64,000 bases of DNA from Gemmatales bacterium (GTDB lineage: Bacteria; Planctomycetota; Planctomycetia; Gemmatales; HRBIN36): positions 1 to 64,000 of the forward strand of contig JBEPZY010000005.1 in NCBI GenBank assembly GCA_041640595.1. Reading direction: 5' to 3'. Position numbers and translations under genes: made by a program. The notes under the pieces were generated by a model. The model was given only the letters and a program-made list of their open reading frames with translations, did no database searches and was not told where the DNA came from. This document shows, in pieces, positions 38,299 through 48,276 of this stretch; the stretch's first letter is position 1; every line of letters begins with the position of its first letter.

Positions 38299-39132
38299 AT
38301 GTTGAAAACAATCCTGCTCGCCCTGGACGGCTCAACGTACAGCGAAGCGGCTGTGGAGCTGGGCATTCGCTGGGCGAAGCGTTGCTACGCCATGCTGGTA
38401 GGCTTGGGTGTCCTGGACGAACCGACTATCCGCAAACCCGAACCGGTTCCACTCGGTGGCTTCTATTACAAGCGCCACCGTGACGACACGCTCATTCAGG
38501 AAGCCCACGAACGCATCCAGCAATTTCTCGATCGGTTTGCGTCGCGTTGTGCGGAGGCGGGTGTTTCCTGCAAAGTGCACGAGGTGATCGGCGAGCCCTG
38601 GGAGCAGATCCTCCTGGAAGCTCAGCGCTACGACCTGATCATCCTGGGCCAGCAGACCTACTTCCACTTTGAAACTCAGCAGTCCCCCTGCGAGACGGTG
38701 CAGATGGTGGTCAAGAACGCCCCACGTCCGGTGGTAACGGTGCCGGAAAAACTGGGCAGCGGCGGCGCCATCCTGATTGCCTACGACGGCAGCCTCCAGG
38801 CCGCACGCGCTGTGCAAGCGTTTCAGCAGTCCGGACTGCATCAGGGACAGCAGGTTTACGTGGTCGGCGTGGCTAAAGAGCTTGCAGAAGCCAGTGAGCG
38901 TGTCCAACGGGCCGTGGAGTTCCTCAATTACCACGCAATCAAAGCCACTCCGTGCCCGTTATCCTCCCTCGATCCGCCCGGGCAGGTCCTGCTTGAACAG
39001 GTACGCCATTACGACGCCGGACTTTTGGTGATGGGCGCTTACGGTCAGCCGGTTTTGCGTGAGTTCTTTTTTGGCTCGGTGACCAAGACCATGCTCAGGG
39101 AGGCGACTATTCCATTGTTTGTGTACCATTGA
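38299..39132 (+). CDS. Tandem universal stress protein
   Basis: ILLALDGS..., ILIAYDGS, VMGAYG....FFFGSVT. Confidence 0.9.
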   Translation: MLKTILLALDGSTYSEAAVELGIRWAKRCYAMLVGLGVLDEPTIRKPEPVPLGGFYYKRHRDDTLIQEAHERIQQFLDRFASRCAEAGVSCKVHEVIGEPWEQILLEAQRYDLIILGQQTYFHFETQQSPCETVQMVVKNAPRPVVTVPEKLGSGGAILIAYDGSLQAARAVQAFQQSGLHQGQQVYVVGVAKELAEASERVQRAVEFLNYHAIKATPCPLSSLDPPGQVLLEQVRHYDAGLLVMGAYGQPVLREFFFGSVTKTMLREATIPLFVYH

Positions 39133-39144
39133 GCGGAGGATAGG

Positions 39145-41859
39145 ATGTCCGTTGCCAAGCGCACCGACTTATCTGCCGGTGAGCCACCATCGGCGGTCTG
39201 GCATACTCTGGCGGCTGCGGAAGTGCTGGCGGCGCTGGAGAGCCGAGAGGCAGGTCTTACCGAAGCCGAGGCCCAGTTTCGACTGGCCAGTGTTGGCCCC
39301 AATCTTCTTCCGCAGCAACCGCCGCCGACGGTCTGGCAAATCTTCTTGAGACAGTTCCGCAGTCCGCTCATTTACTTGCTGTTAGCTGCCACTGTGGTGT
39401 CGCTGGTCATTGGGCACTTCGACGACGCCGTATTTATCGCTGCGGTTTTGCTCATTAACGCGGTGATCGGTACCATTCAGGAATGGAAGGCCGAACAAAG
39501 CAGCCGGGCTTTACAGAAATTGCTCCGTATCCGTGCGACAGTAGTGCGGGATGGTGAGGTGAAAGAAATTCCCGCCGATCAGGTCGTGCCCGGCGACATC
39601 GTCTGGCTGGAACCCGGTAACCGAGTACCCGCCGACGTTCGGCTGCTGTGGTCGCACGCGCTGGAGATTGACGAATCGTTGCTCACGGGCGAATCGCTGG
39701 GAGTGCTCAAAGATCATGAATGGTCAGGCCCACCAGCTACGCCAGTAGCAGACAGGTTGAACATGGCTCATGCCGGAACGCTGGTGATTCGCGGTCGCGG
39801 CAAGGGAATCGTGGTGGCCACCGGCAGCCGCACCGTTGTCGGACAGTTGGCGCTCGATGTGCTGGCCGCACCGCCGGGAAAACCGCCTCTCATTGAGCGC
39901 ATGGAGCGGTTCGCCCGCGCCATCGCGGGCACGGTGCTCGCGGCGGTGGCGGTGGTGGCTCTCATCGGGGTTCTGGTTCACGGCCACGGGTTGACGGAGA
40001 TGTTTACGTTTGCCGTGGCGCTGGCGGTTTCCGCTGTGCCTGAAGGCTTGCCGGTTGCTCTGACCGTGGCCCTGGCGGTGGCTACGAACCGGATGGCACG
40101 CCGAGGCGTGATCGTTCGCCGCCTGGCTGCGGTGGAAGGCCTGGGTAGTGCCACCCTGATTGCCAGCGACAAGACCGGTACGTTGACCTGCAACGAGCTG
40201 ACCGTGCGGCAAATTCGTGTGGCTTCTGGTGCGGTGTTTGAAGTTACCGGCGAAGGATTTAAGCCGCACGGTCAGGTGTTGCTGGACGGCAAGCCGGTGG
40301 AGCCAGGCACTCATCCGGAATTGAACCGTCTGGCACGGGCTGCCGTTTTATGCAACGAAGCCGAATTGCACCTGCAGGACAGCAAATGGACCTGGCGGGG
40401 TGACCCAACTGATGTGGCGCTTTTGAGCATGGCACACAAACTGGGTTGGAATCGGGAGCTGACACTCGACCGCCATCCGCAAGTCAACGAAATTCCGTTC
40501 GAGCCGGAGCATCGCTTTGCCGCCAGCTACCACCAGATGGAAGATGGTTCAGTGTACGTGTTCGTCAAGGGGGCACCGGAGCGTGTTCTGGCGATGTGTA
40601 ACTGGGCGGATGAATCCGATCGGCAGAGGCAACTGGCCCTGGCCAGTGAAATGGCTTCCCAGGGTTATCGGGTTCTGGCCTTGGCCGAAGGGCCTGCGCC
40701 TGCCCATCTCGATACTCGCCAGACTCCTCCGGAACCCACGGGTCTGACGTTGCTGGGATTCGTCGGCATGATCGATCCGTTGCGTCCCGGGGTTCGTGAA
40801 GCGGTGGCAAGTTGTCATGCAGCGGGCATCACCGTGTGCATGGTAACCGGTGATCATCCGGTTACCGCACTGGCGATTGCCCGCGATCTCGGCCTGGCCA
40901 GCCAGCCCGATCAGGTCGTTACAGGCCGGGAACTGGAAGCCATGACCGCTGAGCAGCTTCAGCTCGCGGTGGAGCGGGTGCGCGTTTTCGCACGGGTCAC
41001 TCCGCGGCAGAAACTGGAACTGGTGGAAGCGGCAAAACGAGCGGGCCATTATGTTGTCGTTACCGGCGACGGCGTGAATGATGCTCCCGCGTTGAAAGCC
41101 GCTCACATCGGCGTGGCCATGGGCAGGAGCGGTACCGATGTGGCTCGGGAGGCAGCCGATTTAGTCATCAGCGATGACAATTTTGCTACCATCGTCGCCG
41201 GCGTGGAAGAAGGGCGCGTGGCCTACGACAACATTCGCAAAGTGATCTATTTGCTCGTGTCAACGGGTGCGGCCGAAATCGTAATGGTTGCGCTCGCGGT
41301 GGCAACCGGACTGCCCTTGCCGCTCCTTCCGGTACAGCTTCTGTGGTTGAACCTGGTCACCAATGGCATCCAGGATGTCGCTCTGGCTTTCGAACCGAGC
41401 GAAGGAGATGTTCTCCGCCGCAAGCCACGCCCACCGGGAGAGCCTATCTTCAACCAGCTCATGATCGAACGAACTGTCCTGGCGGCGGTGGTCATGGGCG
41501 TGGTTGGCTTTGCTGCCTTTGCCTGGATGCTGCAGAACGGCTGGACTGAAGACTCAGCTCGAAATGCGTTGCTACTGCTCATGGTTCTGTTCGAAAATAT
41601 CCACATCGGCAACTGCCGGTCCGAAACAAAATCGGGCCTGGTGCTTTCGCCGTTCCGCTCGCCGATCCTGCTAATCGGAACAATTACCGCCTTCCTGGTT
41701 CATGTCGTGTCCATGTACCTGGCCCCGATGCAAGTGGTCCTGCGAACCGAACCGGTGAGTCCTGGTACCTGGGCATCGTTGCTGGCTCTGGCTTTGACCA
41801 TCTTCGTGGTGATGGAAATCCACAAATTAATCTGGGCGATTCGGCATCGCAACGTTTAG
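39145..41859 (+). CDS. P-type cation-transporting ATPase (type IIA-like, probably Ca2+)
   Basis: TGES, PEGL, DKTGTLT, KGAPE, TGD, GDGVND, QLLWLNLVT. Confidence 0.93.
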   Translation: MSVAKRTDLSAGEPPSAVWHTLAAAEVLAALESREAGLTEAEAQFRLASVGPNLLPQQPPPTVWQIFLRQFRSPLIYLLLAATVVSLVIGHFDDAVFIAAVLLINAVIGTIQEWKAEQSSRALQKLLRIRATVVRDGEVKEIPADQVVPGDIVWLEPGNRVPADVRLLWSHALEIDESLLTGESLGVLKDHEWSGPPATPVADRLNMAHAGTLVIRGRGKGIVVATGSRTVVGQLALDVLAAPPGKPPLIERMERFARAIAGTVLAAVAVVALIGVLVHGHGLTEMFTFAVALAVSAVPEGLPVALTVALAVATNRMARRGVIVRRLAAVEGLGSATLIASDKTGTLTCNELTVRQIRVASGAVFEVTGEGFKPHGQVLLDGKPVEPGTHPELNRLARAAVLCNEAELHLQDSKWTWRGDPTDVALLSMAHKLGWNRELTLDRHPQVNEIPFEPEHRFAASYHQMEDGSVYVFVKGAPERVLAMCNWADESDRQRQLALASEMASQGYRVLALAEGPAPAHLDTRQTPPEPTGLTLLGFVGMIDPLRPGVREAVASCHAAGITVCMVTGDHPVTALAIARDLGLASQPDQVVTGRELEAMTAEQLQLAVERVRVFARVTPRQKLELVEAAKRAGHYVVVTGDGVNDAPALKAAHIGVAMGRSGTDVAREAADLVISDDNFATIVAGVEEGRVAYDNIRKVIYLLVSTGAAEIVMVALAVATGLPLPLLPVQLLWLNLVTNGIQDVALAFEPSEGDVLRRKPRPPGEPIFNQLMIERTVLAAVVMGVVGFAAFAWMLQNGWTEDSARNALLLLMVLFENIHIGNCRSETKSGLVLSPFRSPILLIGTITAFLVHVVSMYLAPMQVVLRTEPVSPGTWASLLALALTIFVVMEIHKLIWAIRHRNV

Positions 41860-42256
41860 GCAGTTCCAAAACCTGCCACCGCAGCGTACCTGGCGTTGAC
41901 AATGCTGTGTCATCGCAACACTCAACTCGTCTCGAGGACCGGAAAACATCACCGTCATTCGTGCACATAGGGAGCGATTGCAACTGCGCTCTGGGATTGC
42001 GCTGCTCGTTTGCAAGCTGTTAGTCTCAACTATTCCTGCACAGCGGAGGTGATCGCGACATGTAGCTCGTCGCGTAACAAACGCATAGCCTCTTGGTTAG
42101 TCCACGCCGGTGACCGCGAGGTTTAGCTCGCTTGGTGAACCGGTGGCCAGCCGCGAATTCGTGCTTATGCGACGGAGTTAGCGGGTGTTGTTTACGCAGG
42201 ACAGCAGGTTGCCCCAAGTAGTGGGGTCGTCCTCACGGTAATCCGACAAGCCCCAG

Positions 42257-42315
42257 CGACTACTATTTAGGCAGGATTGCATTTGTTTTGTGCAATTGTT
42301 CCCTTTCCTTGGGCA
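42257..42315 (+). promoter_or_regulatory. Three phased NtrC-like enhancer boxes
   Basis: 17-mers at 42257 (cgactactatttaggca), 42278 (tgcatttgttttgtgca) and 42299 (ttccctttccttgggca), each 21 bp apart. Confidence 0.5.
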
Positions 42316-42446
42316 ACGCATCTTGAGTACAGCTAATGCTGGATGCCAGCATCACCATGGGACGAGAACGGTTGATAGCAGAAGTTCTTTCGCAAAAAGA
42401 ACTTGCGACTCAGTGCGTAATTCATCGAGGTTGCCGTTAATTGGTT

Positions 42447-42461
42447 TGGCACGGGGGGTGC
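42447..42461 (+). promoter_or_regulatory. Sigma-54 -24/-12 promoter of the nitrate assimilation cluster
   Basis: TGGCACGGGGGGTGC versus consensus TGGCACGN4TTGC; correct GG-N10-GC spacing. Confidence 0.65.
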
Positions 42462-42644
42462 GTGAAGGTTACGCGTGCAAATTCGTTAGCGACGCCGGGT
42501 TTAGTGGTGCCTGCACGTAAGCCCGTCCTCTCCCCGGCCCAGCAGGCCAACCCGGCCAAGATTCTGTCGCACTCGCTTACGCCGGAATTCAAAGCGCGTG
42601 AAGGTGCTTTTCTGCGCACATTGTGTGCAATGGAGCCGAAAACA

Positions 42645-45600
42645 ATGGCAAAAAGAGAGGCAGTGGTCGTCGTCGGCAACGGCATGGCCGGAGCTCGCTT
42701 TGTCCAGGCTTTGACTGAGAAAGCTCGCGATCGCTTCACCATCACCGTCTTCGGCGACGAACCGTATGGCAACTACAATCGCATCCTGCTGTCCAGCGTA
42801 CTGGCGGGCGTTAAGCAGCCGGTAGAGATATTCCTCAACCCGACGGAGTGGTACGAGAAGAACGGCATCCGGCTGCATCTGGGCGTGCGGGTGGTGCGGA
42901 TCGATCGGGACCGGCGTGTGGCAGTGGGCCAACCGGCTCGTCACGGCGATGCGGAAGCCGGTCGCGGTTTGCTGCTGGAAGAACCGTATGACTATCTGGT
43001 GCTGGCGACGGGTTCACGGCCGTTTGTGCCAACGATTCCCGGAAAAGATTTACCTGGCGTTTTCGTGTTCCGCACGCTGGATGATTGCGTCGCCTTGCTG
43101 GAAGCCGCCGAACGTGCCGAATGTGCCGTGGTGATCGGTGGCGGTTTACTGGGTCTGGAAGCAGCCCGGGGTCTGCACGGGCGTGGGTTGAAGGTGAGCG
43201 TCGTCGAAATTGCTCCGCATCTGATGGTGCAGCAACTCGACCCGCTCGCCGGCAGAATTCTGCAGCAGCAACTGGAAAAGCTTGGTTTGCGGATATTTGT
43301 GCAGACGCAGGTGAGCCGCATCCTGGGCGAAGGACGAGTGCAGGCGGTGGAATTGCAGGATGGCACCCTGCTGGACGCCGACCTGGTAGTGATCAGCTGC
43401 GGCATCCGGCCCAATGTGGAACTGGCACGGGAAGCAGGGTTAGCAGTTCAGCGCGGTATCGTGGTGGATGACCAGTTGCGCACCAGCGACCCGGCCATAT
43501 TTGCCATCGGGGAATGTGCCGAACATCGCGGGGTAACTTACGGTCTGGTCGAACCGGTTTATGAACAGGCGGAGGTTCTCGCGGACGTTTTAAGTGGCGC
43601 TCGACCGCATGCCTGTTACGCTGGTAGCAAGTTGGCCACAACCTTGAAGGTGATCGGCATAGACCTGACTTCGATGGGCGACGTCAAATCCAGCGATGCC
43701 GATTCCCAGGTGTTCGTAGAAGCTGACCCGCTGAACGGACGCTACCGCAAACTGGTGGTCAAAGATGGCCGGTTGCAGGGAGCGATTCTGCTCGGCGAAA
43801 AAGAATCCGCTCAGAAGCTGCTCTTGTACTTCCGCAGTGGCGAAAAACTACCGGGCCATCCGCTGGAGATCTGGTATCGGTTCAGCCGCGACGGCGAGTC
43901 GAGCGAAGATGGTCAGCAGGACGCTGGCCTGTCGGCAGCCAGTTTGCCGGACGATCAGCAGATTTGCAACTGTCATCGCGTCAGCAAGCGTGAGATCGTT
44001 CGCTGCATCCGAGCTGGTGCCACTTCCATTGAAGCCATCGGCCAGGCCTGCAAAGCGGGCACCGGCTGTGGTAGTTGTCAGGGAATGCTGGGTCATCTGC
44101 TGGCCCACTATGCCCGGCATGCCGTCCAGCAATCCGGGGCTCTCGGCGACACCTCGCAGAACAAAGTGGAGCTGATCAAACGCGAAAAAGACGGTCTCGA
44201 TTCCCTGCCCGACATTCTCCACTATGCCCGGACCGGTAACTGGGAAGAAATGACCGAGGCCGACAAACAACGCTTCAAGTGGCACGGGCTGTTTTTCCGC
44301 ATTCCCACGCCGGGCTATTTCATGCTGCGGATTCGGCATACCTGCGGGCAGAGCAACGCGAGGCAGTTCCGGGTTATCGCCGAGCTTTCCGACAAGTTCG
44401 GCAAGGGTTTCTGCGATCTGACGACACGGCAGCAAATCCAGATGCGCTGGTTCACTATCCGCGACGTGCCGGAAATCTGGGCGCGACTGGCGGAAGTCGG
44501 CCTGAACAGCAAGCAGACCGGCATGGACAACGTGCGTGGCGTATGTGGCTGTCCGCTCAGTGGCCTGGCACCGCATGAGTTATTCGATGCCTCACCCGTG
44601 GCCCGCGAATTCACTTCGCTCATTCTCGACAACAAGGAATTCACCAACTTGCCGCGGAAATTCAACGTGACTATCACCGGCTGCCTGGAAAACTGCTGCC
44701 ATACCGAAACGCAGGACATCGCCCTGGTGCCGAGCTATCGGGAATTGGATGGGCAACAGGTGTTCGGCTTCAACGTGTTCGTGGGTGGCAAGCAGGGTTC
44801 CGGAGGATACACGCCGGCAAAACCGCTGGATGTTTTCGTGCGGCGAGAAGAAGCGGCTCAGCTGTGTGCCGAGATTGTCCGCATTTTCCGCGATCACGGT
44901 TCCCGCGAAAGCCGCACGCGGGCCCGATTGGCTTTTCTGCTCCAGGATCGAGGCGTTCGCTGGTTCCGTCAGGAACTGCAAGCTCGTTGGGGCAAACCAC
45001 TCTTTTCGGCAGGCCCGGAATTACGCAAAAAGCATCACACCGACCACCTCGGTATTCAGCCGCAGAAACGAAAACCCGGCGACTACGGGCCGCAACTTTT
45101 TTCCGTGGGTCTGCTGGTGCCCGTGGGTCGCATCACTACCGACCAGATGCGCGGCGTCGCCGACCTGGCTGAGCGTTATGGCAACGGCGAAATCCGTCTC
45201 ACCGTGCAGCAGAACATCATCATCCCGAACATTCCCGAAGACCGTCTGTCCGCCCTCACCGACGAGCCGCTGCTCAAAGAGTTACCGATCGATCCTTCGC
45301 CCATTTTGCGTGGGCTGGTCTGTTGTACGGGGAATGATTATTGCCACTTCGCGCTCATTGACACGAAAGGTTGGGCCTTGCAGGTGGCCCGGGAACTGGA
45401 ACGGCGAACGCAGGGACAGAAAATCGCTCCGCTGACCATCCACATGTCGGGTTGCCCCGCTGGTTGCGGCTTGCATCAAGTGGCGACGATTGGTTTGCAG
45501 GGTTGCCGCACGCGCATCGGCGACCAGATCGTGGATGCCGCCCATGTGTACATCAACGGCAAATCCGGCCCGCAGCCGCAGATCGCCACCGATGCCATGT

Positions 45601-45668
45601 ACGATGTCCCCTGCGAAAAACTGGCCGATGCCCTCGAACCCTTAGTGCGCTACCTGCCCCGCTCATGA
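42645..45668 (+). CDS. Fused NAD(P)H/FAD reductase-[2Fe-2S]-NirA-type siroheme nitrite reductase
   Basis: GNGMAG and GGGLLG Rossmann motifs, CNC...GTGCGSC BFD-like cluster, then NirA motifs KWHGLF, TTRQ, DNVR, LPRKFN, CTGNDYC and SGCPAGC. Confidence 0.88.
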   Translation: MAKREAVVVVGNGMAGARFVQALTEKARDRFTITVFGDEPYGNYNRILLSSVLAGVKQPVEIFLNPTEWYEKNGIRLHLGVRVVRIDRDRRVAVGQPARHGDAEAGRGLLLEEPYDYLVLATGSRPFVPTIPGKDLPGVFVFRTLDDCVALLEAAERAECAVVIGGGLLGLEAARGLHGRGLKVSVVEIAPHLMVQQLDPLAGRILQQQLEKLGLRIFVQTQVSRILGEGRVQAVELQDGTLLDADLVVISCGIRPNVELAREAGLAVQRGIVVDDQLRTSDPAIFAIGECAEHRGVTYGLVEPVYEQAEVLADVLSGARPHACYAGSKLATTLKVIGIDLTSMGDVKSSDADSQVFVEADPLNGRYRKLVVKDGRLQGAILLGEKESAQKLLLYFRSGEKLPGHPLEIWYRFSRDGESSEDGQQDAGLSAASLPDDQQICNCHRVSKREIVRCIRAGATSIEAIGQACKAGTGCGSCQGMLGHLLAHYARHAVQQSGALGDTSQNKVELIKREKDGLDSLPDILHYARTGNWEEMTEADKQRFKWHGLFFRIPTPGYFMLRIRHTCGQSNARQFRVIAELSDKFGKGFCDLTTRQQIQMRWFTIRDVPEIWARLAEVGLNSKQTGMDNVRGVCGCPLSGLAPHELFDASPVAREFTSLILDNKEFTNLPRKFNVTITGCLENCCHTETQDIALVPSYRELDGQQVFGFNVFVGGKQGSGGYTPAKPLDVFVRREEAAQLCAEIVRIFRDHGSRESRTRARLAFLLQDRGVRWFRQELQARWGKPLFSAGPELRKKHHTDHLGIQPQKRKPGDYGPQLFSVGLLVPVGRITTDQMRGVADLAERYGNGEIRLTVQQNIIIPNIPEDRLSALTDEPLLKELPIDPSPILRGLVCCTGNDYCHFALIDTKGWALQVARELERRTQGQKIAPLTIHMSGCPAGCGLHQVATIGLQGCRTRIGDQIVDAAHVYINGKSGPQPQIATDAMYDVPCEKLADALEPLVRYLPRS

Positions 45669-45944
45669 CGCTCGGCAACGTGACAGCGTCCGGCCAATCG
45701 CACAAACGAGAGCTCAGTCTGTCGCGGTCTTGCATTTACCCAGGTGGCGAGATGAAAAAGAGGCTCCGCTTATGTCCGAGAGATACCGGAGCAGACTCAT
45801 TGTCGGTGTAATCAAGAAACGGGCAGTACCACTGTGCCTTCGTCCGGAGAATCGCTTGCAGCTGGTTCGGTCCGCAAGCGACACGAACGCCCCGACGCTG
45901 GTCAGCACCGCACCGGTTTGTCCCGACCCGGAAGGAGTTCGCCC

Positions 45945-48155
45945 GTGAATCCGCAGCGGTTAGCAGTTATAGGCGAGGCGATCTGTCCATATTGCGGAGT
46001 CGGTTGCCGACTTCGTGTCGAAGGGCGTGGCGGACGGCCAGAACGCATCCGCGGCGTCGAGGATGCTCCCGCCAATCATGGTCGGCTCTGTGCCAAAGGC
46101 GCGACACTGCACGAAGCCCTGCATACTCCCGATCGCCTGCTGGTGCCGATGTGGCGACGCAGCCGACAGGAAGATTTTCGACCGGCGGATTGGTCGCAAG
46201 CCCTGCGCTATGTGGCGGAGTGCCTGCGCTATATCCTGCACGCTTTCGGACCGAACGCGATTGCGTTTTACGGCAGTGGGCAGCTCGACACGGAGACGGC
46301 TTATCTGGCGTGCAAACTGTTCAAAGGATATTTCGGCACGAATAACACCGATTCCAACAGTCGGCTGTGCATGGCCGCTGCCGTCGCCGGGTATCGCACC
46401 AGTCTGGGCAGCGATGGCCCGCCGTGTTGCTACGAGGATATTGATCACGCCGACGTCATCTTCATCATTGGCAGCAATATGGCCGAGTGCCATCCGGTAA
46501 CCTTCGATCGAATTCGCTCTGCCCGGAAACGCCGACCGGACTTGACGCTGATTGTTGTGGATCCGCGTCGCACCGCCACCGCCAGGGAGGCCGACATCTA
46601 TCTGCCGGTGGCTCCCGGCGGCGACATCGCTCTGCTCAATGCCCTGGGCCGGTTGCTCCTGGAATCCGGTGCGGTGGACGAAGCGTTTGTGCGGCAACAC
46701 ACCCGCGGCTTCGAGGAATATCGGGCCTTTCTGCTGGGGCAAGACCTGCGCGAGCTGTGCGAAGTGGCCGGCATTCAGGAACAGTGGCTTCGCCGCACTG
46801 CGGCACGGATCGCCCGATCTCACGGATTCCTGAGTTTCTACTGCATGGGTTTGAACCAGAGCACGGTCGGCATGTGGAAGAATAACAGCTTGATCAACTT
46901 GCATCTGCTCACCGGCCAGATTGGCAAACCGGGAGCCGGGCCGTTTTCCCTCACCGGTCAGCCCAATGCGATGGGAGGCCGCGAAGCCGGTCTGCTGTCG
47001 CATCAGTTGCCAGGTTACCGTTTCGTGGAAGAACCGGAACACCGCCGCGAACTGGAACAATTCTGGGACCGCCCGACGGGAACCATCTCGCCTCGCCCGG
47101 GTTTTACCGCGGTGGAAATGTTCCGCGCCTTGGAAAAGGGCCAGCTCAAGGCGATCTGGATTGCCGGGACCAACCCGCTGGTCAGCATTCCCGACCTGCA
47201 CCAGGTTCGTCGCGCCATGGAACGGGCCCAACTGGTGATCGTGCAGGATGCGTATCACCCGACGGAGACGACCAGGCTGGCGCATGTCGTCCTGCCAGCC
47301 GCTCAGTGGGGCGAGAAAGAATGGACAAGCACCAGCAGTGAACGGTTGGTCAGCTACAGTCCGAAACTGTTTGACCCGCCGGGTCTGGCTCTGCCGGACT
47401 GGCAAATCCTGGCGCGGTTTGCTCAGGTGTGGGGCTTTCGCGGTTTTGCTTACGGCAGCGCTGCCGAAGTCTGGGACGAGTTCCGCCAGCTGACCCGTGG
47501 CCGACCGTGCGATATGTTCGGCATCACCGCAACACGCTTGCGGCAACAGCGGCATGTTTACTGGCCTTGCCCGCACGAGGATCATCCCGGTTCGCCACGC
47601 CGCTATCTCGACCGCATTTTCCCGACGCCCGATGGCAAAGCCAATTTTCTGCCCCGCGACCATCGTGCGCCGCGCGAACTGCCCGACCACGAATTTCCGT
47701 TCATCCTCACCACCGGCCGGCTGTACGCCCACTGGCACACGCTGACGCGAACCGGCAAATGTAGCAAACTGGTGCGGCGTGAACCCGGCCCGTTTGTCGA
47801 AATCAACGTCGAAGATGCGGCCCGGCTCGGCATCAGCGCGGGCGAACTGGTGTTGCTGTCCAGCCGGCGCGGCGCTATCCGCTTGCCTGCCCGCCTCAGT
47901 GACCACGTACCCGCCGGCATGGTTTTCGTTCCGTTTCACTGGGGCGATTTGCACCATCCTGACAACGCTGCCAACTACCTCACCATCAGCGCCACCGGTC
48001 GCATCGCCAAACAGCCCGAACTGAAATTCTGCGCGGTCAACGTCGAGAAATGCGCCCCGCATTCGGAGACACCGCTGCCACAACTCCTGCTCGTGCCCGA
48101 TTCCGCGCAAACAAGACCTGGCGCATCAACTCCGGTGGCTACCGAAAGCATCTGA
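45945..48155 (+). CDS. Assimilatory nitrate reductase catalytic subunit (Mo-bisPGD, NarB/NasA type)
   Basis: CPYCGVGC...LCAKG, GSGQL, DSNSRLCM, GQPNAMGGRE, WHTLTRTG, QPELK; GTG with GAAGGAG RBS. Confidence 0.92.
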   Translation: MNPQRLAVIGEAICPYCGVGCRLRVEGRGGRPERIRGVEDAPANHGRLCAKGATLHEALHTPDRLLVPMWRRSRQEDFRPADWSQALRYVAECLRYILHAFGPNAIAFYGSGQLDTETAYLACKLFKGYFGTNNTDSNSRLCMAAAVAGYRTSLGSDGPPCCYEDIDHADVIFIIGSNMAECHPVTFDRIRSARKRRPDLTLIVVDPRRTATAREADIYLPVAPGGDIALLNALGRLLLESGAVDEAFVRQHTRGFEEYRAFLLGQDLRELCEVAGIQEQWLRRTAARIARSHGFLSFYCMGLNQSTVGMWKNNSLINLHLLTGQIGKPGAGPFSLTGQPNAMGGREAGLLSHQLPGYRFVEEPEHRRELEQFWDRPTGTISPRPGFTAVEMFRALEKGQLKAIWIAGTNPLVSIPDLHQVRRAMERAQLVIVQDAYHPTETTRLAHVVLPAAQWGEKEWTSTSSERLVSYSPKLFDPPGLALPDWQILARFAQVWGFRGFAYGSAAEVWDEFRQLTRGRPCDMFGITATRLRQQRHVYWPCPHEDHPGSPRRYLDRIFPTPDGKANFLPRDHRAPRELPDHEFPFILTTGRLYAHWHTLTRTGKCSKLVRREPGPFVEINVEDAARLGISAGELVLLSSRRGAIRLPARLSDHVPAGMVFVPFHWGDLHHPDNAANYLTISATGRIAKQPELKFCAVNVEKCAPHSETPLPQLLLVPDSAQTRPGASTPVATESI

Positions 48156-48276
48156 ACGAGCACGGCCAAGGCTAAAACCAGCCGCAAAGCCACGGCATCA
48201 ACTCCGGCAGGTACCGAGAGCATCTGACACGGGCTGACCATTATCCTCCGCCCACCGCTTATTTCAGGAGACCGCC

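Noticed and set aside
41860..42250. Long intergenic stretch as a possible ncRNA or mobile-element end
   Set aside because: No recognisable RNA motif, terminal inverted repeat or credible ORF.
42620..42660. Possible ANTAR (NasT/NasR) hairpins at caatgg motifs
   Set aside because: Flanking stems pair by at most 2 bp and overlap the RBS and start codon.
45665..45811. 48-codon ORF overlapping the nitrite reductase stop, as a possible nirD remnant
   Set aside because: No Rieske-like or other recognisable motif.
45960..48110. 716 aa antisense ORF (likewise 18270-19586, 27325-28683, 28496-29908, 35700-36800)
   Set aside because: Shadow ORFs opposite well-supported genes, expected in high-GC DNA.
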